Position numbers and translations under genes: made by a program
From: Asterias rubens
Taxonomy: Eukaryota
Length of the DNA stretch: 64,000 nucleotides
Reading direction: 5' to 3'
NCBI RefSeq assembly: GCF_902459465.1
Contig: NC_047072.1
Coordinates: forward strand, 16,058,001 to 16,122,000
Shown here: piece by piece, positions 50,305-60,720 of the stretch
How positions within the stretch are numbered: the stretch's first letter is position 1
Layout of the letters: each line of letters starts with the position of its first letter
Notes under the pieces: model-generated
Seen by the model: only the letters and a program-made list of their open reading frames with translations
The model's database searches: none
What the model was told of the DNA's origin: nothing

Positions 50305-51635
50305 GATCCCCTATAAAAACCACTTTTTCATCCTAGCCCAATCGATTGAAAACCTCCTCAGGTGCACAAAAAAAAAAAAAAAAAAAAAAAAAAAGTGCCG
50401 GAAGTTGGTGGCGACGACGTAAAATTTTTCCAAATAAAATAATAAGATGTTGGTTGGTAGAAAGTCTTACCTTTAAAACATCCTGCACTTTTTGAAATCC
50501 ATTTTCTTGTAGAATTGCCCAAGCAATCTCTGTGTCGTTAACATTCATCTGGCATCCATACGTCTCAAAATACACTGAGAAATTATGTCAAGTATAAAGA
50601 ACGTAAACACAGCAAAATGGCCAATTCCTTCTTATCTAATAAATGAACTAAATACACATCAAACTTCAAAAGATCATCAACATAAAAAACATGTATGTTC
50701 ACAAAAAGAACAGTTCATTTGCAATCAACTGGTCAATAAACCAAACAATCATAATTCAATTGGAGTAAACTTTAACTACACATATTGCAAAAATGTTAAT
50801 AAAAAAGCGATGTATAATTTTAAAAGATTGTTGATGAATAGAGTGCTATCATGTCAGCATGGGCAGGGAAGTGGGAATAAATGATTGTGCACAAAAGAAT
50901 ACAAACAATTATTGGAAAAGTTTCCGTATGGCGCCACCACTTTTTCATTCGAAATAAAATAATATAGTATCTAATTTACCTGATTGATATATCCCTTTTT
51001 GTAAAAATGAGTGAAAAAGTGGTGGCGCCATACGGAAAGTTATCCCAATTATTGCTAAGAAAGATCATGTGTATAAAAGTTATGAGTTAGTCCATGGTTA
51101 GTTAGTCATTCACTCAGTTCATGAGTTGAGAAAATTAAAACAAACCTTTTCTGTTCCTAGCTTCAAATGAATTCGCCTCAAGATATGGAACAGAATCTGC
51201 AGTCGAGAAATCTTCACCGTGAATGGCAGGACTGGAAACATTGTCATCAACATTCGATATGATAAAATCTTGCAAGGAAGGCCCATCTTTCAATTTGTCC
51301 TGAAATGCCACTTTAATCTCGGGTAACTTTGTTGGATTGGTACTGGTAGACGGCGTGCATGATGTAGCTGGCGGTTCATTGCTATACTTTCTAATGTTGA
51401 CATGATTACCAATGAAATTGCGGTGGTGGATTTTTTTATTTTCGCGACTATTCAATGCTGACTCACAGTTTCTCAAGCACAAATTATGAATTCCTTCAAT
51501 GTGATATGTACTTATCTGTTGCCTCATGCCACAGAGAAAGTAAGGATGGCAAGAAACAGTTGTCTGTCTTTTGAGAGACAAAACTTTTGTGAAACAAGTT
51601 CCAATTCTCGTTGTACCTGCCATGGAAGCCGCCAT
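27879..51635 (-). CDS. CDK5RAP1: CDK5 regulatory subunit-associated protein 1 (mitochondrial tRNA ms2i6A37 methylthiotransferase, MiaB family); 10 coding exons, 669 aa
   Basis: Exons (minus): 51635-51146, 50574-50471, 44304-44169, 43143-42933, 42230-42110, 41778-41423, 40435-40249, 39680-39531, 28750-28610, 27992-27879. All introns are GT-AG with compatible phases; total 2010 nt. Motifs: UPF0004 [27 protein letters not shown], radical-SAM [52 protein letters not shown]-domain GRNDGYIKV. Confidence 0.96.
28955..29235 (+). mobile_element. 5'-truncated 3' end of an L2/CR1-type LINE
   Basis: Degenerate RT C-terminus (LRSST...[33 protein letters not shown]) followed by a TGCGCTTTG...AAGCGCATTATAAAT 3' stem-loop/tail. 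Confidence 0.7.
31817..33150. repeat. 36-bp minisatellite, ~37 near-identical copies, in CDK5RAP1 intron 8
   Basis: Unit ATGTAGACCTTGCCTTCAGGAGTTATGAACTGTAAT; produces the spurious ([12 protein letters not shown])n ORF on the minus strand. Confidence 0.98.
34125..35750 (-). pseudogene. LINE ORF2 reverse transcriptase domain (chimeric C-terminus)
   Basis: RT domains 1-7 intact, including YADD. A premature TGA (probably from CGA) lies at 34125-34127, with RT-like sequence continuing beyond it. Confidence 0.9.
35723..37153 (-). pseudogene. LINE ORF2 N-terminal part: 2A-like peptide plus APE-type endonuclease
   Basis: 476-aa ORF with intact APE catalytic motifs. It is separated from the RT frame by an apparent 1-nt loss in an A4 run at ~35797-35800; the restored reading is [25 protein letters not shown]. 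Confidence 0.88.
37076..37400. repeat. 107-bp tandem triplication at the 5' end of the LINE
   Basis: ATAATTGAAGTTGGAACGAGGCGGAGG recurs at 37081, 37188 and 37295. Confidence 0.93.
40731..41038. repeat. 52-bp minisatellite, ~6 copies
   Basis: Unit GAGGCCTCTGTAAAGAAGGCCCCCGATCAGGCCTGCATTGAATGACTGTAAA, abutting a dispersed repeat (40560-40720) also seen at ~56230-56390. Confidence 0.95.
41975..42076 (-). mobile_element. tRNA-related SINE fragment (family also at ~24785-24890 and ~28340-28420)
   Basis: Shared AAGGA(C/T)(A/G)CAA(G/A)TGTCACG..GGGA(T/C)T(C/T)GAACC.ACAC block; the reverse complement contains a GGTTCGAATCCC B-box-like motif. Confidence 0.6.
42110..42230 (-). CDS. CDK5RAP1: CDK5RAP1 exon 5 with the radical-SAM CxxxCxxC motif (missed by the ORF track)
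   Basis: ag|A TCT ATA ATG CGA GGC TGT GAT AAT ATG TGT AGT TAC TGC ... GAT CAG|gtagga = (I)[40 protein letters not shown]. Confidence 0.95.
42304..42598. repeat. 46-bp minisatellite, ~6.4 copies, with an internal hairpin AAGCACT...AGTGCTT
   Basis: Unit ATGTGTGGTAAGCACTAAATAGGCAGTGCTTTCCTTGAGACAACTT; units are contiguous with no spacers. Confidence 0.95.
45396..46557. repeat. 65-bp minisatellite, ~18 copies, in CDK5RAP1 intron 2
   Basis: Unit ATTTACAAGAGCTTTTCTTTCTTCAAGTAGCACACACACGATCAGCCAAGAAAGCACAGCCATGA. Confidence 0.97.
48731..49648 (-). mobile_element. Merlin-superfamily (IS1595/IS1016-like) DDE transposase, internally frameshifted
   Basis: N-terminal zinc ribbon (CRYC...WRCTHRGC) and catalytic blocks [44 protein letters not shown]. 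TIRs of the parent element were not identified. Confidence 0.9.
50914..51045. mobile_element. 132-bp MITE with ~33-bp TIRs, GG...CC termini and an 8-bp TSD (Merlin-like signature)
   Basis: GGAAAAGTTTCCGTATGGCGCCACCACTTTTTCA ... TGAAAAAGTGGTGGCGCCATACGGAAAGTTATCC, flanked by CAATTATT at 50906-50913 and 51046-51053. Confidence 0.85.
51146..51635 (-). CDS. CDK5RAP1: CDK5RAP1 exon 1 (mitochondrial presequence-like N-terminus)
   Basis: ATG at 51635 ([12 protein letters not shown]...), Arg/Ser-rich and acid-poor N-terminus, GPSLQDFI and VPYL blocks, donor AAA G|gtttgt (phase 1). Confidence 0.85.
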
Positions 51636-51639
51636 GTTT

Positions 51640-51795
51640 TAGTCTCTTTAAAGTAAGACTCTTGGGGGCGCTCTTCAAAAATCCAGTCCTGGAGATGAGA
51701 GGGGCGGGCATAGAGCTATATATAGCTCTATGGGGGCGGGGTAACATGTGTGGGGGTGGTAAATGCGGGGGAGTGTCTGGGGGGGGGGGGGGGTT
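51640..51795 (-). promoter_or_regulatory. Putative GC-box proximal promoter of CDK5RAP1 with a 24-bp perfect palindrome
   Basis: Locally GC-rich island just upstream of the ATG. GGGGCGGG boxes at ~51701 and ~51733 flank CATAGAGCTATATATAGCTCTATG (51709-51732). Confidence 0.5.
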
Positions 51796-54492
51796 AAAGA
51801 CTTTCTAATGTTGATAAGTTGGTTTTCTTGTATCAATTATTATACATAAGTAAAAGCTCAGATAATCAACACAAACACACTCCCCACATGTTACCCCCCC
51901 CCCCCCCCCCCCAAAGAAAAGAACCCTACAATTCTGCAGTAAAATTTGCAAAAATCACAAGTCCAGCAGTTAAATAAAAAAATTGCCAAAATAAAAAAAT
52001 AAAAAAATAAGGGGCAAGTCCAGCTGTTTTTATAAAATTTTGGTAGAAAGGAAAAAATTAAAAAGGGTAGGTCCAGCAGTTTGGGCAAAAATTGAAAAAA
52101 TCACGAGGGGCAAATTATCAGTTTAATCAAATTTAGAAAACTTAAACGAATCTCAAGGGGCACGAGCAAGTTACTGCATGTGCATCTTAGCTAACTCGTT
52201 TCTCTGTACCATGTTACTGGACAAGGTGTGTACTAAAACCAGGAAGAAGAACCAATCACTACACAAGCATTATTAGGTTCAGTATTTATTATTTGTATCC
52301 CAAATGCAAAATGTGCATTTATAACAATAAGGATCATCTACCACCATTCTTAATACAATGAGTAGCATGGCCAAATGGAATAATACTTTGAAACTAAAGC
52401 CTTGGTATTGGCTATGACTTCAGTGCTACAATGGCTTACTGCAATGTTGTCAATGGCACAAGCCATAGCCAAGTGTCTAGGTTCAGACATGGATTAAATT
52501 GAGTTTACAGTTTGAAGGACTTATTAGTTTCTCTTATCACTTATAAGGATACAGCTAGTGAAATTTAATATACATATACAATATTGCAAATTTACAAGTT
52601 TACACATTAGGTCGTAACTTGAGGTCAGACCATGACATACATGCACCGTGGTAGGCCATTTACCAAGCACTACCAAAGATTTCTCTTCCCTTTCAAACTT
52701 GCTAAGTTTTGGTACTCGCTAAAGCAAACACCTTTTGTAGATAAAAGTTTTGGGCCATGACATGAATCCCTACTCCCTGTGAATGAAGATGTATGTAACA
52801 TAATTGCTTGTAGAAGTTTCAGCTTCATTAGTGGTCAACTTATTGAGGAAAAAGTGAAAATCACCGTGCAATGTTTTCAGGAAAGATGTGTGAATCCGTT
52901 TGTTTTACTCATTTCTCAAAAACTACAGCACCTCAGCAAGTAATATAAGGTAAGCTTTCTACTATCACTATCTTTAATCTGTGGACATTATTTTGTGTTT
53001 TGTTCCATACAAAAAGTACCCATACCCTTTAAAGAGTTTACTTCAGGAGACTAGGGGAAGTCTAACTTACATGTATGGTCTGCTTTAACAAAAAGTTCCC
53101 AAGCAAACTTACCGATAGTTTTATACATTTAAAGTAAGCGTCAATAATACTTGTTTTTTTCCATTAATATCATAATTCATAATTAATCAAAATTTCAAAT
53201 AAAAGCACAGTCTGCCACCAGACAACAAATTTAAGTAAAACAGATTTTCTACAATGAAAGTCTTTGATTTCTTCAAAAGGTCAATGTTTCCTTGGGAAAT
53301 ATTCTTCATTGAATGGTTTGAAAAAACAAATACTTTGGAGCAAAGCATGTTAGTTTCATACACTTACATAATGACTAATCTTTATATCATGCAATGGTCA
53401 GTGAACAAGTATTTATTTATTCCAACTAAACTTGGAATGTTTGAGATCGCAAATCTCTTGACCAGTCCACAGTAACCCTTGAAATAGTAATTTTTTTCTT
53501 GAGTGATTATTGTGTCCTTATTTTATTTGGTCATTTTGAAGAGACCTTTAGTTCCCATTTGACTGTCAAGCAATTTAACACAAATAAATATACTTATTTG
53601 GCTAAAATTCCTGGCAGAAGTAATTAAAAATTAAGATTTATGTTTGAGAGAATATACAGGTTAGCAGCAACATATATCAAATGAGTACTTGAAGAAATAG
53701 CAGCAGGAACAACATGGGGGTAGCAAACAACAATCATCAAATAATCAGAATAAAGGGTTTACATTACATGCCATTCGTACATAAGTAGACAATGGAATAA
53801 ATAAAGGTACGAAGTTATCCCAAAAGATGTGAAGGGTTTATATAAAGACATAAACGATACCTCTTAGACATTATTCATGTACAAATTTATATCAAACACT
53901 GTTCTATTTCCTATAAAAGCAAACCACAAGGGAAACTGTATGGGACATCTTGAATGATTTTCCGGAAAAGACAAATTGATAAGAGTGGAAAACTGAACCT
54001 GAGCACTCTGGCTCATTAATCTGGAGGTCCCACGTTCAATTCCTGCTCTAATGATTTTCTCATTGTTCAACATAAACGTTTTTCAAATTATGCCTGAAAT
54101 GTGATGTGATAACATTGTACAGAAAGAAATGTATAACCAGAACTCTTTCATTCAGCATGACTAAAAAATAATAAAGGAAATTTGAATACCAAGATTACAA
54201 CTGAAAGAATTCTATTTATGGCATTCCAATTAATCAATCTTCAAGAAATTGGAGCTTTGTGAATGTGTGTCAATAATCAGCATCTTGAATCTAACTTCAC
54301 AACGTATCTCCTGATTGGAAGCTCAACTGAAATATTACCAATGAAACTGGGAAGCAAGGAACAAACCCCAAATAGCAAATGTTCAAAGTTATAAGGGTCA
54401 AGATAAAATGGCCATCACAAAACAGAATAAAGAGTTAACAATCTCAAGAAAAATACACTATTTATTTAGCATTAGAGATGATGCTGAAAGCC

Positions 54493-57400
54493 CTATGTAT
54501 TAACAGCAAAGGGTCGGAGTTTCTTTAAGTCAATCTCTAAAGAAAGACGATCTTCTGTAATTTGTGTTAGTTCTTGTTGCAGCTCGCTGTTCAGTCTGGA
54601 TAGTTTGGTGTTTTCTTCTTTTGCTCTTCTAATGGCCGCTTGGATTGATTTCCTATCACATAGCATCAAACTGAAAAAAAAGAGCCACAAAGAACATCTC
54701 ATTGCATCTAAGACTAACACAAACTGTACGGGCCTTGTCACACGAGGCAATTTTTACGGGCAACTCGGAGGCAACCAACTGCAGTGCATGCTACAGGACC
54801 ACTTTGGTAGCACAGGAGTAATTTTTCAAACAATGTCTGATGCTGCGTGCACAAACGAGACACACACGCCATTTTGAAAGATGAACACACGCATTATACA
54901 TGCACGTATGTTGAAATATGAAACTATACAGTCAGGACAGTGTATGATAAACACACACTATGCTGTTTTTTTTCAACTTACAAATATGGCTGCACCCCAG
55001 ACGGCATAACTAGGCAAGTGTGCCCTCTAGGTCTTATAAATAACTCTACGGTTCAGACTCTTAAAATGGTTACACATGAAGTTTTTGTTGAACTTACTCT
55101 GATGACACACCGGCAGCTTCAGGCGCTGATGTATGTCTCTTTCTATCATTAGCAAACTGCGATCTCCTCTCATCTGCTTGTAACATATCACTAGACATAT
55201 GTCGATCTTTACTGCTTAGCATCGGAGATGGCAAATGCTGTAATATAGAAATCAATCCCGATAAATTATTATCAATGATGACAAAAATCAAATTATACAA
55301 GGAAAAAAGATACTCAATCTAACTGCCACTTTTTTCATTCATCATGACAAAACAGTCTCTTATTCATCCAGATATGATTGTTGTTTGCAGGGCGTTGAAC
55401 TTGGCTCTTAAAGGGCCACAGTAATTTGCCTCTGGTACGTGCCACCCCAATCAGGAAAATGTCAATTTGTACTGGAACCTTGCAGAGGGCACCACAGCAA
55501 AAGCACAGACCACCACTGAAATTGCTGTCGGTGCTGTCGGTAATTTCGCGGCATGCGTCAAGTTATGAAATGTGAAAACAATGGTGTTTGGATTTCCTTG
55601 TCTGTCTGTAATGAGAGACTTTTGGTGACACTAGGTGACAGCAGACTTACCAGGTAAATCCATTGTTCTCAGTAAATGTGCGCAAGCTGAGAACTTCGTA
55701 AACAATGGATATTTACCCGCCAAGTCTGCTGCCACCTTTGGTTTTAATTCCAACATAACTTCTACAAGACTTGATGGCTTCTTATTGAACCTGTTTTACT
55801 TACTCCCTTTGGTGACTCGACAGTCATGGGATCATCACTCTGTGACTGTCTGGGAGGATGGGGAGGATGGAGAGGAGGAGGAGAAGGTGGAGGAGGTGGG
55901 GAGGTACCAGGAGAAACTTCATCCTGGAAGACATTAGACTGAAATTTAACATTCCGTCTTGCACGATGATAGACTTGTATTTAATATTAAATTTGATTGA
56001 AAAGGAGGGCTGACCTGCATGTACATGTGGCAGAGGCTTCTGCAGAATTTTCAAGCTATTTAAAAAACAAGGCAGAAATCTGATTTTATGCCTGGTTGGT
56101 TGCCTCAAGTTCACTTAACAATTAACTTGTGTAACTAGGCCCTGATTGGCCTACATGCCTGATACTAGGCCCTGATTGGCCTACATGCCTGATACTAGGC
56201 CCTGATTGGCCTACATGCCCGATACTTGACAGAGGCAACCAAGGCCATTGCCTCCATGCCCCTGGTCATTACCTTGGTGCCTGCCCCTTCAATAGCTCCA
56301 GTCAAAATGTACAATTTCCTCATCGGTTGCCCTTTACAAAGGAGAAAATGCCTTGGTGCCCTTGCCCTTTCAAAAATGAAGCATACAGGCTTAGACTTAC
56401 CATTGGTAAATAATCACCCTGCCCAGCTGCCATCGAATCTCCCTTCCTATCATCATGAAAATGACTAAAGTCAGCAAAGTCACCCTGTGAAACTTCTGCC
56501 TCATTACCGTCTAAAGATGAGGAGAAGCTGCTACGATTACTAGATGCAGCAGAGGAATGCGTCTGATCACTGGAGTGAGAACTGGAGTGAGTTATGGGTC
56601 TTGGTGGGATGCTAGGCCTAGGTGGAAGAACCTGTCGCTCTGTAAAATAACAACCAATCAATTAATCAGGATTTCAAGATCCACTTTTTGCATATCTGTA
56701 AACCTTCCCCCCCCCCCGAGTCCTGTGGAAAAAATCACAGGCATATTACCTGGATGGGATTCCAACCCACAACCCTTGCAATTCTAGAGCAGTGTCTTAC
56801 CAACAAGACCACCAAAAAGTTGTACAAAAACCACATGGGAAACTGTCTTGGTAGTTCAAACAAATATTGAGGTTGAATAAAGACAAATTTACTAAAGAAA
56901 GAAAGAAATGTCAGTCCAAAAACTCTGAAGTCGCACCTTGGCAAAACTGTCTCAAATAAACATACTCTAGCTTGCACAGAGATACAACAGTTTAGCAAAG
57001 TGTCTCTCTTTTGCAATGAGATTATTTTTACAAGGACATCATGAAATGCTCAAATGAACTGTACAGGTGTACTTACCGTAGCTCAACGAAAACTACATTG
57101 TAACTACCAATATTGAACGTTTTCTTGAAATCATTGGAATAAAACTTACCATTCTTAGGTACTGAAACAGGTACATGTAGTAGTAATTGTTCATCATTTG
57201 GAATTAATACTTCATACATGTATAAAGTAAAGGCTAACTTCATAAAGACGTCACCGATTTCACTTTCAAAGCATTTAAGGTTGAAACATCCTTTACCTAG
57301 AACATGCATCAACCTGATTTAGGATACCAGATTTAAACAATATTATTTGGTTTTACTCAAACACTGGTGTGTGTAAGCAGCGTATACTTAATATTTTCCT

Positions 57401-60400
57401 GAGTTCTGAGAAGATGTCTTGCTCACTAGACTGCTGAGATTTCCCCGTAGCTAGGGGGTATTTCAAATCCTATAGTTTTACTTGTGTAATGTCATAATAA
57501 ACAGTGCTTAGACTAACAGCGGAACAACGAAACAAACATTTAGACATGCAAGGACTTGTTTTCAAGACTAATCTCTTGAAAACTCCAGTGGATATTGGGT
57601 GAAGGAATCATCTTAGATTAGTAGAGGGAGGGATTAGTGTAGGATTAGGATTGGATTAGTGTAGAATAAGGACTCTCTTACCAGGAAGCAGGATAAGCTG
57701 TTTACGATCAAGAGACATAGAGCGAGAGTGGGTACCGTTAAACCTTGGGGGTAAGGCAGGTGGGGTTAACTCCTCCCCTATAGGGGTACCTACAGAGGAA
57801 CCTATAGAGGTACCTATAGAGGTACCTATAGGGGTAGGAGACTGCCCCTGCCAAGAGGGCTCCAAAGAGGACTCTGTCAGGGCAGAATGTCTAGAGAGGG
57901 GCACTGGTAACCGCTGCTGGAGGGGCACACCCGAGTAGGATCTAAACAGGTGGAAATGAGTCAAGGGTGAAAGGTCATGAAAGGTGGTCAAAGGTCATAC
58001 GTAGGAGGGGAGGGGGGTATAAACCACTGAACATGAAATGGAATAATATCAATAGGGTTTCTAAGGGAAACTAACTACAGTAGTCTGTTATCATGGAAGA
58101 TGTTGGAGTATGAACATAATGATGATATGACTACTGATGGCAGACTATCTGGAACATCACACAAACTTCTGATATATTAGGAAGCAATATGTCAAATTAG
58201 TTGTCATATTAGGAAGCGCTATGTACGTATCTCAAGGCAATGATTTGATTTTAAATAGAGAAAGATGAGGGTATATCATACGCTAATACTATTCTATCAT
58301 TGCCAATACTATCTATTATTGTGTTGTAACAAGTGTAACAATCCAAGTGAAATACTACAGCTGTACTTCTTATTGTTAACTTTCATTCAGAACATTAATG
58401 TAGCAGGTTTCTCCAGGCCAAAGGATAGTATGGACAAAGTTTTCAATTCACAAATAATCTATACTAGAACAATTATGTAAACTAAAAGACAATGAAAACA
58501 GACAAACACAGGTGAAATGAGATTTATGGAACATGGAGATTGAAGGAAGAAGAGGCAGTTTGAGCAAGTAGAATCAATTTCAATCAAACAACATCAAGAG
58601 ACAAAGTATTGTGACAGGACATAAAAGACAAGCATGCAACTCTTCAGCCAAAAGAAAATAGTTTAGATATCGATCGCGTGGACTGCAATGCTAGCTGCCT
58701 ATTGGGTCTGGTTCTGATGCATCCCCTTATACAACGAGCAATAAAAGCACTGCGGAGCCAGACTTTGAAAAATAGTGTATGGTGTACAAGGAGAGCTTGT
58801 GTTTGTGTCTGGACTGTTCAATGCGTGTAAACTTCCGCGGAGCATCCAATACAGATTTTTTCTTTCATACAGCGTGATTTGACTTTACGCGGAGTTTTTT
58901 GGAACGTCAGATTTCCATTTCATGAAAAGCCGACAACCTCAAATCCGCGGAAGAGTTGCATGCCTGATAACAGGAGATACTGAATAGAAAAGAGACATAA
59001 AGAATGAAGATGATGATGATTGATGATAGAATACAAAGCCCCAATACCTAGATCGAGATCGTGGGGTGTACTTTATATAACCATCAGGAGCTTCACATTG
59101 CATCACACCACGCTCTGTAATAAATACATCTACATCAACATCAGTGCACTAAATACATCTACATCAACATCAATGCACTAAACACTCTTAACTTTAGTAT
59201 CATGCAGATGATGTTAATATTTGCAACATGCAGATGATGAGAGTCAGAAACATTAACATGTAAACAATCAACATAGCAGCATAAGCAAGCAGAAACAATG
59301 TTAAAATAACAATCTCGCTAGCATAAGCAACTGATCAATGGTTAACGAGTGGTTGTTTAGTGACGTAGGTTAAGAGATGTATGTAGTCCATGTTTTCAAC
59401 ACGACTTCGACTCAAAACGCTAGTTACCATTTTGATACCTGGTCCACTCTGCACTGTGCTATGAACACGGCTGTTGGTAACCAGCGATGCACAATGCCTG
59501 GTAGGTTGGTTCCGAATAGTCGACTAGCATAGTCTAACTACACAGAGTTTAGGATATGTTACGGTCAAACTACGGTCAATGATAGTCCCAGTGCAATCTT
59601 GGCCATGACTGAAGTAGTTTATACATGTTGAATTCAGCCAACCAGAAAAATAATGAAATTGCGACGCCCTTTTTAAACCAGTGAAGGTAAATTATTGTAA
59701 CACAGAGACATGATCAGAATCTAACGATGTTATGGTTACAGAGTGCTGTGTTAAGATTAGGTAGCCATGGTTTACTCTGATACTTGAGTGAGGAGGAAAT
59801 ACTACTAGATTAATGTGTAGAGTTTGTGAATTTAAGAATGATTTGGTAAGTTACCATATAAAATATATGGATTTACAAATAAACAACAAAAACTTGTTTT
59901 ATCTTAGAACAAAAAATGAGTTAAACTGAAACGATATGATTCACTTACCTTTAAAACTGCATCATTTAAAAACAAAATTATCTACAGGATAGTGTATGAA
60001 AACTGGTTTGAACTGAACAAGAGTAGTTACTTCCAGTTTACTCTCACCTTAGAACCGGATCGAACTGGTTCAGACTGAATCAGACTGGATTACCCAAACC
60101 ACGTGTGGTTTACTATTCACATTACAGCTTTATTTGGTAATCATTGTTTGTGTTAGCATTAGCAAATTAATGTGAAACATAAAATTGTTGAATAATAAAA
60201 TCAAAACAACTAAAATATCATAAAATAAATTATGGGTTAGATAAACATTTGTAAAACTAAAGTAGTCAGTAGTCTAATAAAACAAATCCTCTAGATTGTG
60301 TTATGAATAAATCATAAACTCAAAAGGGAATTGGATTTGAGTTCATTTATTCAGACAGGGTGTTTATGAAAGAAAACTGTTTTTGTTTGTCTGGCTTTAC

Positions 60401-60689
60401 TCCAGTGCTTCTCAGAACAAAACATTTCATAAAAAAAGATCTCCCACACAGGGGTTTATATACCAAGCTGGCAACAGCCAATCTCTCTAAAACATTGGTT
60501 TAACATCTATGATTATGAGTTGCATACATCAAGATATTGTGATTGAATACTTGAACTCTAATCATTGTGAAATTGGTTGTTAGATTGATAGGAATTCAAC
60601 CTACAACCTTGTGAGTACAAGTGTCGCAGTATAACCATCGGACCACGGTGACCATGGAACGGCGTGATAAACATAGGTAATTGATTGAA

Positions 60690-60720
<31 letters not shown>

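Noticed and set aside
54978-55027. Possible 45-nt in-frame cassette exon in REPS (ends in a good GTAAGT donor)
   Set aside because: The acceptor is weak (no polypyrimidine tract), there is no recognisable homology, and the gene model is in frame without it.
59945-59965. Strong donor-like AAG|GTAAGTGA on the minus strand in a REPS intron (possible microexon)
   Set aside because: No phase-compatible acceptor or exon length could be defined.
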